A stretch of 64,000 bases of DNA from an uncultured Rhodospirillaceae bacterium (GCA_913052165.1 CAJXEC010000001.1:30056-94055), one strand, 5' to 3'; positions 18,112-27,820 are shown, counted from the first letter of the stretch. Notes: generated by a model not told the origin, from the sequence alone. Made by a program: numbers and translations.

Positions 18112-19431
18112 GGCGCAAGTACGAAAGCCAGTGAACAAGTCACGGCGGTCTAGAAAACAAAAATGTCGAAAGGTATTCCAAACGGAACGAGATCGAGTAA
18201 CCCAAGAACCACCCCGCAAAACAGGGTGGGCGCCATCCATAAAGGGTCTGGACCAATGCTCCATCGCATCCGGGGTAAAACCCGGATAGTCAGACAGAAC
18301 TGATTGGGTCCACTCCCACACATTACCCATCATTTGACGCAACCCGTATGCACTATCTCCTGCTGAAAAAGCGCTTACTGCGCAAGGACCTGCTCCGATA
18401 CAATCCAGATTCGCGACATGTTCCTCGTGTGGATCATCGCCCCATGGATAACGCATTTTAGGGCCGCGGATTCTCTCCCGAGAGTGGGGCGAGAGCGATG
18501 CCGCTATTTCCCATTCTCCTTCCCATGGAAGGCGCCGACCTGCCCATCTACACCACGCATCAGCCTCAAACCAATTAACGTGACAAATTGGTTCATAGAT
18601 ATTTAGTGCACGCCAATGACCAAAGCGTTTTTGCTGCCATCCGTCAGCAGTGCGTCTCCAATAAATAGGATTTGACGCTTGAAAATGACACCGCCAACTC
18701 CAACCCGCCTCGGACCATAACTCCTCTCGGTCGTAACCTTTATCTTCGACAAATGCAATAAATTCTCCATTCGTGACAGCTGCCGGAGATATCGAGAACG
18801 GCTCAACTTCATACCCGTGTCCCCATTTCTCATTGTCCAAGTAAAAAGGATCTTCTGGAACCGCACCAAGAGAGTGAACCCCCCCTGGTATATTTATATC
18901 CGCTGTTGGTAGAGGAGCGGGCTTAGGTTTGTAGTTTCCGATAAATTTCGGTGGAGAAAGACCCAAAGTTTGGAGCTGAGTAATCAAACTTTCTCCCCAC
19001 ATGTCTTCCCGCTGAATACACATTCTGCACAGAAATGTGGTCTCTGGTGAAGCAAACCGACCCGCCCCCAACGCCGCGGGGACTGCATCGGCTATTTGTT
19101 CAAAAAAGTTCAGTAAGAACTCTCGTTTTGGCAAATCAAGCCCCCAAAGGTCTGGATGCCTGACCTGTCGGTCATCGAAAAACTCACCCATTTCCGGGAT
19201 ATTTGAGGGGCGGCTATTTGACCTCTGAAGCAAGTAATTATCGTAAAGCCATGCAATATGACCTAGGACCCACAATGGCGGTGACAAATTTCTCTTGCGA
19301 GGAACAATTAATTCTCTCTCATCAAGTCCATTTATAAGATCAACAGTTCGACGGTTTGAGTCCTTCATTGCCAACAACAGACTCTCTACAGCCATTGGAT
19401 TCAAGGTCGAGGGGGGACGAGTAAAAGTCAT
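18106..19431 (-). CDS. DinB_2 / FGE-sulfatase two-domain protein, EgtB-like (sulfoxide synthase family), divergent
   Basis: 441 aa. N-terminal DinB_2-like region with PLWVLGHIAWLYDNY (resembles the EgtB PLVWDLGHI motif). C-terminal FGE/SUMF1 domain ending ...RGGSWVTRS...FRTC. I could not find the HxxxH pair expected in the DinB_2 domain of EgtB/OvoA. The 3' end overlaps the coxL-like-2 3' end by 6 bp, convergent. Confidence 0.6.
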   Translation of the reverse strand: MTFTRPPSTLNPMAVESLLLAMKDSNRRTVDLINGLDERELIVPRKRNLSPPLWVLGHIAWLYDNYLLQRSNSRPSNIPEMGEFFDDRQVRHPDLWGLDLPKREFLLNFFEQIADAVPAALGAGRFASPETTFLCRMCIQREDMWGESLITQLQTLGLSPPKFIGNYKPKPAPLPTADINIPGGVHSLGAVPEDPFYLDNEKWGHGYEVEPFSISPAAVTNGEFIAFVEDKGYDREELWSEAGWSWRCHFQASNPIYWRRTADGWQQKRFGHWRALNIYEPICHVNWFEADAWCRWAGRRLPWEGEWEIAASLSPHSRERIRGPKMRYPWGDDPHEEHVANLDCIGAGPCAVSAFSAGDSAYGLRQMMGNVWEWTQSVLSDYPGFTPDAMEHWSRPFMDGAHPVLRGGSWVTRSRSVWNTFRHFCFLDRRDLFTGFRTCAL

Positions 19432-19520
19432 GCTTTTTTTTTATCATTTAAACGTTGGTTGGACGTCGCGTGAGTAATAAGTTACCTCTATGTCGGATTA
19501 TATCAGAAAGAAGATGAGCT

Positions 19521-20102
19521 ATGGAATTTGAAAACCAATTTGATGTGCCGGTCAATGCCGATGAGGCTTGGAAGATTTTACTGGATATCCAAAGCATAGC
19601 CCCGTGCGTTCCAGGTGCAAAACTGACGGAAATCGTCGACGAGAAGACCTACAAGGGGACAATTTCTGTCAAACTCGGCCCCGTAGCGCTTACGTTCAAC
19701 GGCCGTACAAGCTTCGAAAATATTGATGACGCCGAGAAAAGTGCAAAGCTCATCGCACAAGGGAACGACAGCAAGGGTCGGGGCGGTGCCAATGCAAAAG
19801 TTAAGTTTAGAATCGAAAATGTGGATAGCGGGGCGCGAGTCTTCATTTCTACTAATCTGCAACTCTCTGGGTCAGTTGCCCAATACGGTCGAGGTGTCGG
19901 AATGATCAAAGACCTCGCTCAACAAATTATCGATCAATTTTCCGAGAACCTTCGAAACAATGTGATAACACCCTCCGTCAAGCATGGAGAAAAGGCCTCC
20001 ATGCCCCACGGCGCGGCTCCCGCTCAGGTCGGAAGTATAGGGTTAAGAGTGCTCTGGAACGCAATTCTCAGAAGAATTAAAACTTTTTTTAGGGCTCAGT
20101 GA
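19521..20102 (+). CDS. coxG: Carbon monoxide dehydrogenase subunit G-like protein (CoxG, SRPBCC fold)
   Basis: 193 aa. N-terminal MEFENQFDVPVNADEAWKILLDIQSIAPCVPGAKLTE... is typical of CoxG. Confidence 0.75.
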   Translation: MEFENQFDVPVNADEAWKILLDIQSIAPCVPGAKLTEIVDEKTYKGTISVKLGPVALTFNGRTSFENIDDAEKSAKLIAQGNDSKGRGGANAKVKFRIENVDSGARVFISTNLQLSGSVAQYGRGVGMIKDLAQQIIDQFSENLRNNVITPSVKHGEKASMPHGAAPAQVGSIGLRVLWNAILRRIKTFFRAQ

Positions 20103-20503
20103 ATTTGCTGCTTTATATCAGTGGTCAGAGGGTCATATCCGGGAGCGGAGGTGGGACCAGCGTGGTGATGGATCATCAGCCAAGACCCACTCTCGAATAA
20201 AAAAAGATTGGTCGCTATTAAATATTGATTTTCCAACTTTTCAAGGCAGACCACTGACCCTACAGCTCCCGCTTTCGTTACGATCGGATTAATCGGAGTA
20301 ATTTTGCTCTTTTCGGAAGCTCCTAAGATTAAAGCCCAGCTCTCCAAGACGTCTTTGTAACCACGCAACGGGCCCCACCCCGGGTGTATACAGAGGATGT
20401 CATTGCTGTTTCTCCAGAGGGATCGCATTTGTTGAACATCCCTCGCTGAAAATGCGTCATAAAAAGTTTCATTCGCAAAAAGTAGAGTTTCAATTTCAGC
20501 CAT
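20096..20503 (-). CDS. SnoaL/NTF2-like (DUF4440-type) small protein
   Basis: 135 aa with an NTF2-like fold pattern (ETFYDAFSARDVQQMRSLW ... WLMIHHHAG). Convergent with coxG and overlaps it by 7 bp. Confidence 0.55.
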   Translation of the reverse strand: MAEIETLLFANETFYDAFSARDVQQMRSLWRNSNDILCIHPGWGPLRGYKDVLESWALILGASEKSKITPINPIVTKAGAVGSVVCLEKLENQYLIATNLFLFESGSWLMIHHHAGPTSAPGYDPLTTDIKQQIH

Positions 20504-20526
20504 CAGTCGCCGACAAAAAAAAGTAA

Positions 20527-20603
20527 TGGCGCGCCCGGGAAGATTCGAACTCCCGACCCCCAGATTCGTAGTCTGGTGCTCTATCCAGCTGAGCTACGGG
20601 CGC
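20527..20603 (-). tRNA. tRNA-Arg (anticodon ACG), CCA encoded
   Basis: Reverse complement GCGCCCGTAGCTCAGCTGGATAGAGCACCAGACTACGAATCTGGGGGTCGGGAGTTCGAATCTTCCCGGGCGCGCCA. 7-bp acceptor stem GCGCCCG/CGGGCGC, anticodon loop CUACGAA (ACG), TPsiC GTTCGAATC. Confidence 0.9.
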
Positions 20604-20846
20604 ATCAAAATGACTAGGGCGCTTCCGAAACATTAGCGCCAAAGGCGCTGGACGTTACTGAAATTGATCTGCTAATGCAAGTAGCTCTTAAAAGGGCGAA
20701 AATTCAGGGCAAAAACCGCCTTGTGAAGACATGGCCCATTAGGTACTATACACTCAGCATGAGTAAATTTGTTTAGATTTAAAATTATATTCCCAGTGGC
20801 TGGTGCTTAATTATCAGTCACCAACTAGTTTAGCGAGGCCCAACGA

Positions 20847-22055
20847 ATGCCCCGAAAGAATGCCTTTGCCACCCTTTTGATGCCTGCAGCTCTCCTTGCC
20901 GGGTGTTCAATGGACATGAAGATGCCTTCTATGGATAGTTTCTCTATGGAGAGCCTTTGGCCGTCTTTTTTGAACGAAGAACCTAAAATCACGGAGTCAA
21001 AGAAAGTAAAAGTCAGGCCTACAACAAAAATTGCAATCAGACCTTCGAAAGGCGAAAAAGCGGATCAACCTCTGGTCAATCCGGGATCACCCCCCACACT
21101 CAACTCAACAAACTTCGTTCCACCAAAGATTACCTCGGGTCAAGAGACAGGCACCTTTGTAGGTCAAAAGGTTAAAATGCTCCGTGACGAGCTCAAAAGA
21201 ATGCAGTCGGAGATTACTCGTCACAATAAGTCATTGCAGAAAATGAGGGCGCAAACCAAAAGCAATGCCGAACGATATCATAACTCGATTGGGTCAATAA
21301 ATTCCAGGCTGCAGGTTGGTACGACACCGGGAAACCCCTTTTTGGTCAAACAATGGAATATTGGGCAACAACAACTCTCAAAGATTGATGGCGACATTGG
21401 AAAAATGAATTCCCTTGCTAATGCTGTGGCAGGATCCAGCACCATGTCATCGTACTTGCTGGAAACTACCAGAGCTGCCTATGGGATAACTGGTGCGATT
21501 GATGACGACCACCGACAGCTGGCGATTCTTGAGGATGAAGTAAATAGAACAGTCGTGTTGATAGATCGTTTGTTGAATGAGTTAAGCGAAGATATCGCGA
21601 GGCAATCCGCCTACGTGTCAAATGAACGGTCCAATCTAACAACACTCTCACTTGCAATCAAAAATGGCGAATTGCTTGGCACTAGTTTAGCCAATAGAGC
21701 CTACGCGCCGAGAAGCGATTATTCGATCATCAGCGGACCAGATCCTGTATCTAATCGCAGCCCATTAGTCGTAATCCGTTTTGATCGCCCAAACGTTCAG
21801 TATAAACAAGCATTATACACTGCGGTCAATCAGGCCTTAAAGAGGCGTCCAGACGCCGGGTTTGATATCGTAGCAGTGACCTCGGCACAAGGATCGGGCG
21901 CAAAAATTACTGTGGAAAGCAACAAAGCCAAACGAAATGCTGAGGCAGTTCTGCGCTCTCTGTCCGAGATGGGCCTGTCTTTAGATCGCGTGAGGCTCTC
22001 GTCAAAAACGAGTCGCTCTGCCCGATCTAATGAAGTGCATCTTTTTGTAAGGTAA
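20847..22055 (+). CDS. Hypothetical lipoprotein with coiled-coil region and possible OmpA-like C-terminal domain
   Basis: 402 aa. Lipobox LLAGC at the N-terminus. A heptad-like segment KVKMLRDELKRMQSEITRHNKSLQKMRAQ. The C-terminal approximately 100 aa weakly resemble an OmpA/MotB peptidoglycan-binding fold (…AKRNAEAVLRSLSEMGLSLDRVRL). Confidence 0.5.
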   Translation: MPRKNAFATLLMPAALLAGCSMDMKMPSMDSFSMESLWPSFLNEEPKITESKKVKVRPTTKIAIRPSKGEKADQPLVNPGSPPTLNSTNFVPPKITSGQETGTFVGQKVKMLRDELKRMQSEITRHNKSLQKMRAQTKSNAERYHNSIGSINSRLQVGTTPGNPFLVKQWNIGQQQLSKIDGDIGKMNSLANAVAGSSTMSSYLLETTRAAYGITGAIDDDHRQLAILEDEVNRTVVLIDRLLNELSEDIARQSAYVSNERSNLTTLSLAIKNGELLGTSLANRAYAPRSDYSIISGPDPVSNRSPLVVIRFDRPNVQYKQALYTAVNQALKRRPDAGFDIVAVTSAQGSGAKITVESNKAKRNAEAVLRSLSEMGLSLDRVRLSSKTSRSARSNEVHLFVR

Positions 22056-22155
22056 ATCGAGAGCACTCGTTACTGCCTACCCAGAAGGCGACAAAACGAC
22101 GACGAACAGCAGCGTGACATGTCCGTCATTTTGATTGTTTTAAAAAGAAGTTTAA

Positions 22156-22178
22156 GGGTTTTACCGACCCGTTTTTTT
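22156..22178 (+). terminator. Weak intrinsic terminator candidate (GGGT...ACCC stem plus T7) between the convergent lipoprotein and panC genes
   Basis: GGGTTTTACCGACCCGTTTTTTT: short 4-bp stem followed by a T7 run. Confidence 0.25.
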
Positions 22179-22196
22179 AAGCCCTTACTGGTGCAT

Positions 22197-23036
22197 CTAA
22201 AGCTGAACATTATCAATCAATCGGGTTTTTCCAATATTTGCGGCGGCGAGAAGTCGAGCTGGGCGGTCGTAAAATTGCATATTTTCGAGTGTTTCTGAAT
22301 CACACAAAGTGACATAATCGACTGATGAGAACCCACTGCTCCGTAATTCCTGATCAGCACGAGCGCAGATCTCGTCCGGTGTTTCTGGGTGGGCTTTTAT
22401 TTCCTCTGCCGCCCGACATAAAGTTCGATACAGTAAAGGTGCCAAACTTCTCTCAGATGGCGATAGATAAGCATTGCGCGAAGAAAGCGCCAAACCATCT
22501 GGCTCTCTTTCAGTCGGAGCAGAAACAATTTCAACAGGAATATTGAGATCACTCGAGATTTTTCGGATAACCAATAGTTGTTGATAATCTTTTTCACCAA
22601 AAATGGCTTTGTCAGGCTGCGATTGCATCAATAATTTGGTTACAATGGTCGCGACACCCCGGAAATGGCCCGGCCGAAACGCGCCACATAAGGTTTTCGA
22701 TACCGGACCAGGAATTATACCAGTTGAAAAGCCATCCGGGTACATTTCTTTGTCATCAGGTGTAAATAGCAGATCTGCCCCAACAACTTTTAGGATTTCT
22801 GTGTCCTGCGCGAGATTTGACGGATAAGATCCTAGATCTTCATTTTTTCCAAACTGGAAAGGGTTAAGAAAAATCGTCACTATAGTTTGGTCACAGATGA
22901 TCTGACCAAGCCTTACAAGGCTCAAATGACCCTCGTGTAGCGCACCCATGGTCGGAATTAGGGCTACAGTTTTCCCGGCTCTTCGCCAACTAGATGCTGC
23001 CGCGCGAAGCGCGTCTATTGTCCTAACAATAATCAT
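22197..23036 (-). CDS. panC: Pantoate--beta-alanine ligase
   Basis: PTMGALHEGHLSLV HIGH-like motif of PanC, 279 aa. Confidence 0.9.
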   Translation of the reverse strand: MIIVRTIDALRAAASSWRRAGKTVALIPTMGALHEGHLSLVRLGQIICDQTIVTIFLNPFQFGKNEDLGSYPSNLAQDTEILKVVGADLLFTPDDKEMYPDGFSTGIIPGPVSKTLCGAFRPGHFRGVATIVTKLLMQSQPDKAIFGEKDYQQLLVIRKISSDLNIPVEIVSAPTEREPDGLALSSRNAYLSPSERSLAPLLYRTLCRAAEEIKAHPETPDEICARADQELRSSGFSSVDYVTLCDSETLENMQFYDRPARLLAAANIGKTRLIDNVQL

Positions 23037-23059
23037 ACAAATGATGCCCAGACAGATAT

Positions 23060-23893
23060 TTATTCTTTTTTTACCGCAGCGGGCTGAGAGACATTGTCTG
23101 GACCCGGAAAGCGACGAGCTTTGACATCCTTCGAGTAGTTAGTTGCTGCTTTCTCTATTTCCAAACTGAGATCAGCATAACGCTTTACAAATCTCGGTGT
23201 AAAATCATTGAATAACCCAAGCATATCCTCTGATACCAAAACTTGACCGTCGCACTCTGCACTCGCCCCTATACCCACAGTCGGAATTGGCACCGAATGA
23301 GTCACGGCCCGGCCAATTGATTCCATAACTCCTTCAACCACAATGGAGAATGCTCCTGCATCAGAGATAGCCCTGGCGTCAGAAATAATAGCAGCGGCCT
23401 CCTCTTTGTTCCTTCCAACAGCCTTATAACCGCCGAGCTTATTAACACTTTGGGGCATTAATCCTACGTGCCCCATTACTGGGATTCCACGGTCCACCAA
23501 GAAGGCAACCGTTTCTGCCATTTCGACGCCACCCTCAATCTTTACAGCACCACAACCGGTTCTCTTAATTACTTTCGCAGCGTTCCGAAAAGCTTGTTCA
23601 GGGGATTCCTGGTACGTGCCAAATGGCATATCCACAGTCACACAAGCCCTTGAAGAACCACGAACCACCGCAGCCCCATGCCCAATCATCATCTCTAAAG
23701 TTACTCCGAGAGTGCTTGGCAAACCATAGAGAACCATACCAACAGAGTCGCCGACAATAAAAACATCCGTTACCGCGTCCAAAAATGATGCCATCGGCGC
23801 GCTGTACGCCGTTAAGGAAACGATCGGCTCACCTCCCTTTCGAGCCTTTAAATCAGGAGCAGTAATTCGACTTCTTTTATTAGATACGCTCAT
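23060..23893 (-). CDS. panB: 3-methyl-2-oxobutanoate hydroxymethyltransferase
   Basis: 277 aa KPHMT fold (LTAYSAPMA..., GDSVGMV, VKIEGG). Immediately upstream of panC. Confidence 0.9.
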   Translation of the reverse strand: MSVSNKRSRITAPDLKARKGGEPIVSLTAYSAPMASFLDAVTDVFIVGDSVGMVLYGLPSTLGVTLEMMIGHGAAVVRGSSRACVTVDMPFGTYQESPEQAFRNAAKVIKRTGCGAVKIEGGVEMAETVAFLVDRGIPVMGHVGLMPQSVNKLGGYKAVGRNKEEAAAIISDARAISDAGAFSIVVEGVMESIGRAVTHSVPIPTVGIGASAECDGQVLVSEDMLGLFNDFTPRFVKRYADLSLEIEKAATNYSKDVKARRFPGPDNVSQPAAVKKE

Positions 23894-24014
23894 CTAGAAA
23901 CTCCTAATCTCATCACCTATTGTCACCAAACCGGAAAAACCGCTAGGATATTTACCTTTAAAACCACGCTCGTTAAAGATCTTTCCGCCGCTTCCCTAGA
24001 TCGAGAGAGAAATT

Positions 24015-25769
24015 TTGATCGCACTCAACAAAATTTTTATAAATCTCATTCGGCTCATCAGCGTTACATTTTTGGCTGGATGTGCCAATTCGCCCTCCTT
24101 GGACCTGACCGAGAGAAAGTCGGTCTACTCCAAAAATCACATGGTCAGCGCTGCTAACCCGCATGCGACAAAGGCCGGCCTTGATATCTTAAGAGCAGGG
24201 GGCAGCGCCGTAGATGCCGCAATCGCAGTCCAAATGGTCTTGACCCTTGTGGAGCCTCAAGCATCTGGTATTGGCGGTGGCGGGTTCCTGCTCCATTTTA
24301 AACCCAGTGCAAAATACACATCTTCTCTCCTTTCTGCTTATGATGGGCGCGAAATAGCACCCAGCGGAGCGACTGAAACTTTGTTTTTAAGGGAAGATGG
24401 AGAACCTCTGTCATGGAATGAACGGAAAATTGGCGGTAAAAGCGTAGGGGTTCCTGGCATAATTCGAATGCTGGCTCTCGCCCATCAAGATCATGGACGC
24501 CTGCCCTGGAAAAAACTTTTTGACCCCGCCATCAGACTAGCGCAAGCGGGATTCCCGGTTTCTCCCAGACTGAATAAAATGATTCGGCGCGACAAATTTT
24601 TAGCCAATTTCCCAACCGCCGCCAACTTTTACTTTCTACCGGGTGGAACTCCACTACCAGTAGGTCACTTGCTAAAAAACCTAGAACTAGCGAACACCCT
24701 ATCCCGACTTGCCAATGAGGGTCCAGAAGCCTTCTACATCGGAGATATTCCTAGAGCGATTGCTCGAAAGGTCCGCGAAACACACCATCTTCCAAGCCAG
24801 ATGAAAGAGAGTGATATCAAAGATTATACCGCTAAACGACGTTCAATTCTCTGTTTACCATATCGCACTTGGAATATTTGCGGGATGCCTCCGCCTACCT
24901 CGGGGGGGATAACAACGCTGCAAATTTTAAAGTTACTTGAGAGGTTTGACCTGGCCCAGGTTGCACCCGGATCAGCAAAGGCGATCCATCTTATATCAGA
25001 GGCCAGTCGCCTAGCGTTTGCGGATCGCAATCAGTATCTTGGTGACCCAGATTTTGTACAGATACCCGTTCAAGGTCTACTCAATGAAAAATATCTTCGG
25101 CAACGGGCATCCGAGATCTCTCCGTTTCAGGCCATGGGAAAGGCAAAACCGGGATCCCCAGTCTCAGAGAAAAGGCTCCCCTCTTTGAGTTCGGATAGGG
25201 GAGGCCAACGACCGGATTCGACAAGCCATATTTCAATTGTTGATCAATATGGAGAGGCTATCTCAATGACGACGAGTATCGGAACCGCTTTTGGTTCAAG
25301 GATCATGGTTAAAGGGTTCATGCTTAATGACCAATTGGCAGACTTCTCTCCACTCCCCCGCGACAAATCTGGAACACCGAAAGCTAATAGGCCAGGGTCA
25401 AAAAAAAGACCTCGCAGCTCGATGGCACCGACCTTTGTCCTGGATAAAGACGGCAAGCTCGTTATGGCTGTGGGTTCGCCAGGGGGATCAAGCATAATCG
25501 GATATGTTGTAAAAACTCTTGTTGCGGCTTTGGATTGGAACTTACCGATGCAAGCGGCAATAGATTTACCTAATTTTATCAATAAGAATGGGCGTACTGA
25601 ACTAGAAAAAGATACACCTATTACTACTTTTTCTGAGACTCTCGAATACTTAGGCCACAAAATTTATATCCGAACTAAAACTAGTGGTTTACACGGTATC
25701 CGTATTGGAAAGGGGCAACTTGAAGGGGGAGCTGACAAACGGCGAGAGGGTATAGTTTTAGGTGACTGA
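24015..25769 (+). CDS. ggt: Gamma-glutamyltransferase
   Basis: 584 aa. N-terminal lipoprotein-like signal (FLAGC). Autoprocessing/catalytic Thr context TSHISIVDQYGEAISMTTSIGTAFGS, and GGSSIIGY near the C-terminus. Confidence 0.85.
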   Translation: MIALNKIFINLIRLISVTFLAGCANSPSLDLTERKSVYSKNHMVSAANPHATKAGLDILRAGGSAVDAAIAVQMVLTLVEPQASGIGGGGFLLHFKPSAKYTSSLLSAYDGREIAPSGATETLFLREDGEPLSWNERKIGGKSVGVPGIIRMLALAHQDHGRLPWKKLFDPAIRLAQAGFPVSPRLNKMIRRDKFLANFPTAANFYFLPGGTPLPVGHLLKNLELANTLSRLANEGPEAFYIGDIPRAIARKVRETHHLPSQMKESDIKDYTAKRRSILCLPYRTWNICGMPPPTSGGITTLQILKLLERFDLAQVAPGSAKAIHLISEASRLAFADRNQYLGDPDFVQIPVQGLLNEKYLRQRASEISPFQAMGKAKPGSPVSEKRLPSLSSDRGGQRPDSTSHISIVDQYGEAISMTTSIGTAFGSRIMVKGFMLNDQLADFSPLPRDKSGTPKANRPGSKKRPRSSMAPTFVLDKDGKLVMAVGSPGGSSIIGYVVKTLVAALDWNLPMQAAIDLPNFINKNGRTELEKDTPITTFSETLEYLGHKIYIRTKTSGLHGIRIGKGQLEGGADKRREGIVLGD

Positions 25770-25786
25770 AAAATGCTTTTCCTAAT

Positions 25787-26689
25787 TTGTTAAATTTTTT
25801 TCACCGATGGCCTGGAGCCGTTCGTGGCGCTATTTGGATGGTCTTGGGTGGGACCTCACTCGTCCTCCTAGCGGTAACCATCCGAGACCTTCAAGACAGG
25901 TACGGCGTGTTGCAAATGATTTTTATGCGGAGCGTCATAAGCCTTTTACTTATCCTTCCCTGGGTCCTAAAGCAAAGGCGAAAAGATCTTCAAACGAGGA
26001 GGCTTGGGCTACATTGCTTCCGTAACGCTATTCATTACGTAGGCAACGTGGGCTGGTTTGTTGGGGTGACCCTTGTTCCTCTTGCGGACCTCTCTGCCCT
26101 GCAATTTACCGTGCCATTATTTACGATCTGCTTTGCTGCGTTATTCTTGCCCGAAAGGGTTGGATCACACCGCTGGATTGCTACTGCGATCGGCTTTGCA
26201 GGTGCTCTAGTCGTCATCAGGCCCGGATTTATAGAAATTAGTTTAGGAACAATTGCGGTAGTTTCTTCAGCTGCCTGTTACGCCGCTTCACAAGTATCAA
26301 CGAAATCCCTCTCTGAGACAGACAATCCAAACACAATATTGTTTTATATGTCGATAATTTTCATACCAATTTCTATAGTCCCCGCATTGGTGGATTGGGT
26401 TACACCATCGTGGGAAGATGCTTTTTCCATATTTTTTCTTGGTTTTTTTGGTTATCTCGCCCATGCCTGCATAATTCGTTCTTTTGCCGCCGCAGACGCA
26501 AGTTTTGTAATGCCATTTGATTTTGTTCGGCTTCCAATTGCCGCGGCGATAGGGTTTTTCCTTTATTATGAAAAGCCCGATCTTTGGGTCTGGATTGGTG
26601 CCATCATCATATTTGGCGCAACATATTTTAATACACGGAGAGAAACGCTCAAAACAGGGGATGGCCGAGAAGAAAAGGTTGATCAATAA
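25787..26689 (+). CDS. EamA/DMT-family transporter
   Basis: 300 aa, 10 TM, two EamA repeats. True start may be the internal Met near 25838. Confidence 0.7.
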   Translation: MLNFFHRWPGAVRGAIWMVLGGTSLVLLAVTIRDLQDRYGVLQMIFMRSVISLLLILPWVLKQRRKDLQTRRLGLHCFRNAIHYVGNVGWFVGVTLVPLADLSALQFTVPLFTICFAALFLPERVGSHRWIATAIGFAGALVVIRPGFIEISLGTIAVVSSAACYAASQVSTKSLSETDNPNTILFYMSIIFIPISIVPALVDWVTPSWEDAFSIFFLGFFGYLAHACIIRSFAAADASFVMPFDFVRLPIAAAIGFFLYYEKPDLWVWIGAIIIFGATYFNTRRETLKTGDGREEKVDQ

Positions 26690-26738
26690 TTTTAATTGTA
26701 AGAACTTTTCAGAAACGTTTCACTGTCAAGGAACTAAT

Positions 26739-27152
26739 ATGAGACCTTTTAGAATTTCAAAAATTGATCACGTCGTTATTCGGGTTTCAGATATTCAAAA
26801 ATCTATAGCATTTTACAGAGATATTTTGGGTTGCACCGAAGCAAGAATAAAGTCCAGCTCTGGCCTTTACCAATATCAGGCTGGAACTTCCATGATCGAT
26901 CTTGTTCCTCAAGAGAGCGAACTGGGGAAAAGAGGCGGATATGGATCTCCTCAAAAAGGTCGAAACGTCGATCATATTGCCCTATCAATTGATGGATTTG
27001 ACGAGCTTTCTCTCAGAGAATACCTAGAAGGATACGGAATAGAAATTATTGAGTCTGGTCGTCGTTTTGGTGCTGATGGATACGGACCTTCCATCTATTT
27101 TTCCGACCCAGACGATAATATAATCGAGTTAAAAGGACTGTCTCAGGATTAG
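26739..27152 (+). CDS. VOC/glyoxalase-family protein
   Basis: 137 aa from MRPFRISKIDHVVIRVSDIQKSIAFYRDILG (classic VOC beta-alpha-beta-beta-beta start). The ORF-track extension back to 26568 overlaps the EamA 3' end and is rejected. Confidence 0.7.
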   Translation: MRPFRISKIDHVVIRVSDIQKSIAFYRDILGCTEARIKSSSGLYQYQAGTSMIDLVPQESELGKRGGYGSPQKGRNVDHIALSIDGFDELSLREYLEGYGIEIIESGRRFGADGYGPSIYFSDPDDNIIELKGLSQD

Positions 27153-27176
27153 CCTAGATCATTTAAAGGATGGAAA

Positions 27177-27800
27177 ATGTTAAAAATTTTAGGCCGAAAA
27201 ACGTCATCAAATGTCCAGAAAGTTCTCTGGGCATGCGGAGAAATGGAACTTGATTTCGAACGGGAAGATCTCGGAGGACCGTTTGGGGGTAATGATCAAG
27301 AAAAATATTTAGCTTTAAATCCAAACGGACTGGTCCCAACAATAATAGAAGAAGATGGCTTTACGTTATGGGAATCCAATTCATGCACAAGATACCTAAC
27401 AAAGAAATTTGATTTTGGCGGAATTTATCCCAGGGACCCACAGATTTTGGCCGATGCAGAGCGCTGGATGGATTGGCAGTTGACGGTCTGTAGTCCCTCA
27501 CTCGTCCCTGTATTTAGAGGGCTTATTAGAACACCATCTGAGAGGCGCGACATTACCGCTATTGAGAGAGCGCGAGATGGATTATCAAAGTCAATGGCCA
27601 TGCTGGATAACAATTTAGCAGACCGACCGTTTGTGGCAGGATCAAAATTTTCTATCGGTGATATTCCGGTTGGGATCGCTGCCTACAGATGGTTCGAAAT
27701 GCCAATAGAACGTGAAGATTATCCCAACCTAAAGCGCTGGTTTGACCTCCTTGCAGAGAGACCTGCATTCCAGGAACATATCATGCAGGGTTTGGAATAA
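27177..27800 (+). CDS. Glutathione S-transferase family protein
   Basis: 207 aa. N-terminal thioredoxin-like GST domain (MLKILGRKTSSNVQKVLW..., LVPTI) and C-terminal helical domain. Confidence 0.75.
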   Translation: MLKILGRKTSSNVQKVLWACGEMELDFEREDLGGPFGGNDQEKYLALNPNGLVPTIIEEDGFTLWESNSCTRYLTKKFDFGGIYPRDPQILADAERWMDWQLTVCSPSLVPVFRGLIRTPSERRDITAIERARDGLSKSMAMLDNNLADRPFVAGSKFSIGDIPVGIAAYRWFEMPIEREDYPNLKRWFDLLAERPAFQEHIMQGLE

Positions 27801-27820
27801 CATTTCGCGATGGTCAGTCT

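Noticed and set aside
20634-20651. AGCGCC-AAA-GGCGCT hairpin upstream of tRNA-Arg
   Set aside because: It is short, sits in the tRNA promoter region and carries no other signal, so it was not called as a feature.
26568-26738. N-terminal extension of the VOC-family ORF overlapping the EamA gene
   Set aside because: The VOC domain begins at the Met at 26739 (MRPFRISKIDHVV...). The extension is just the upstream open frame.
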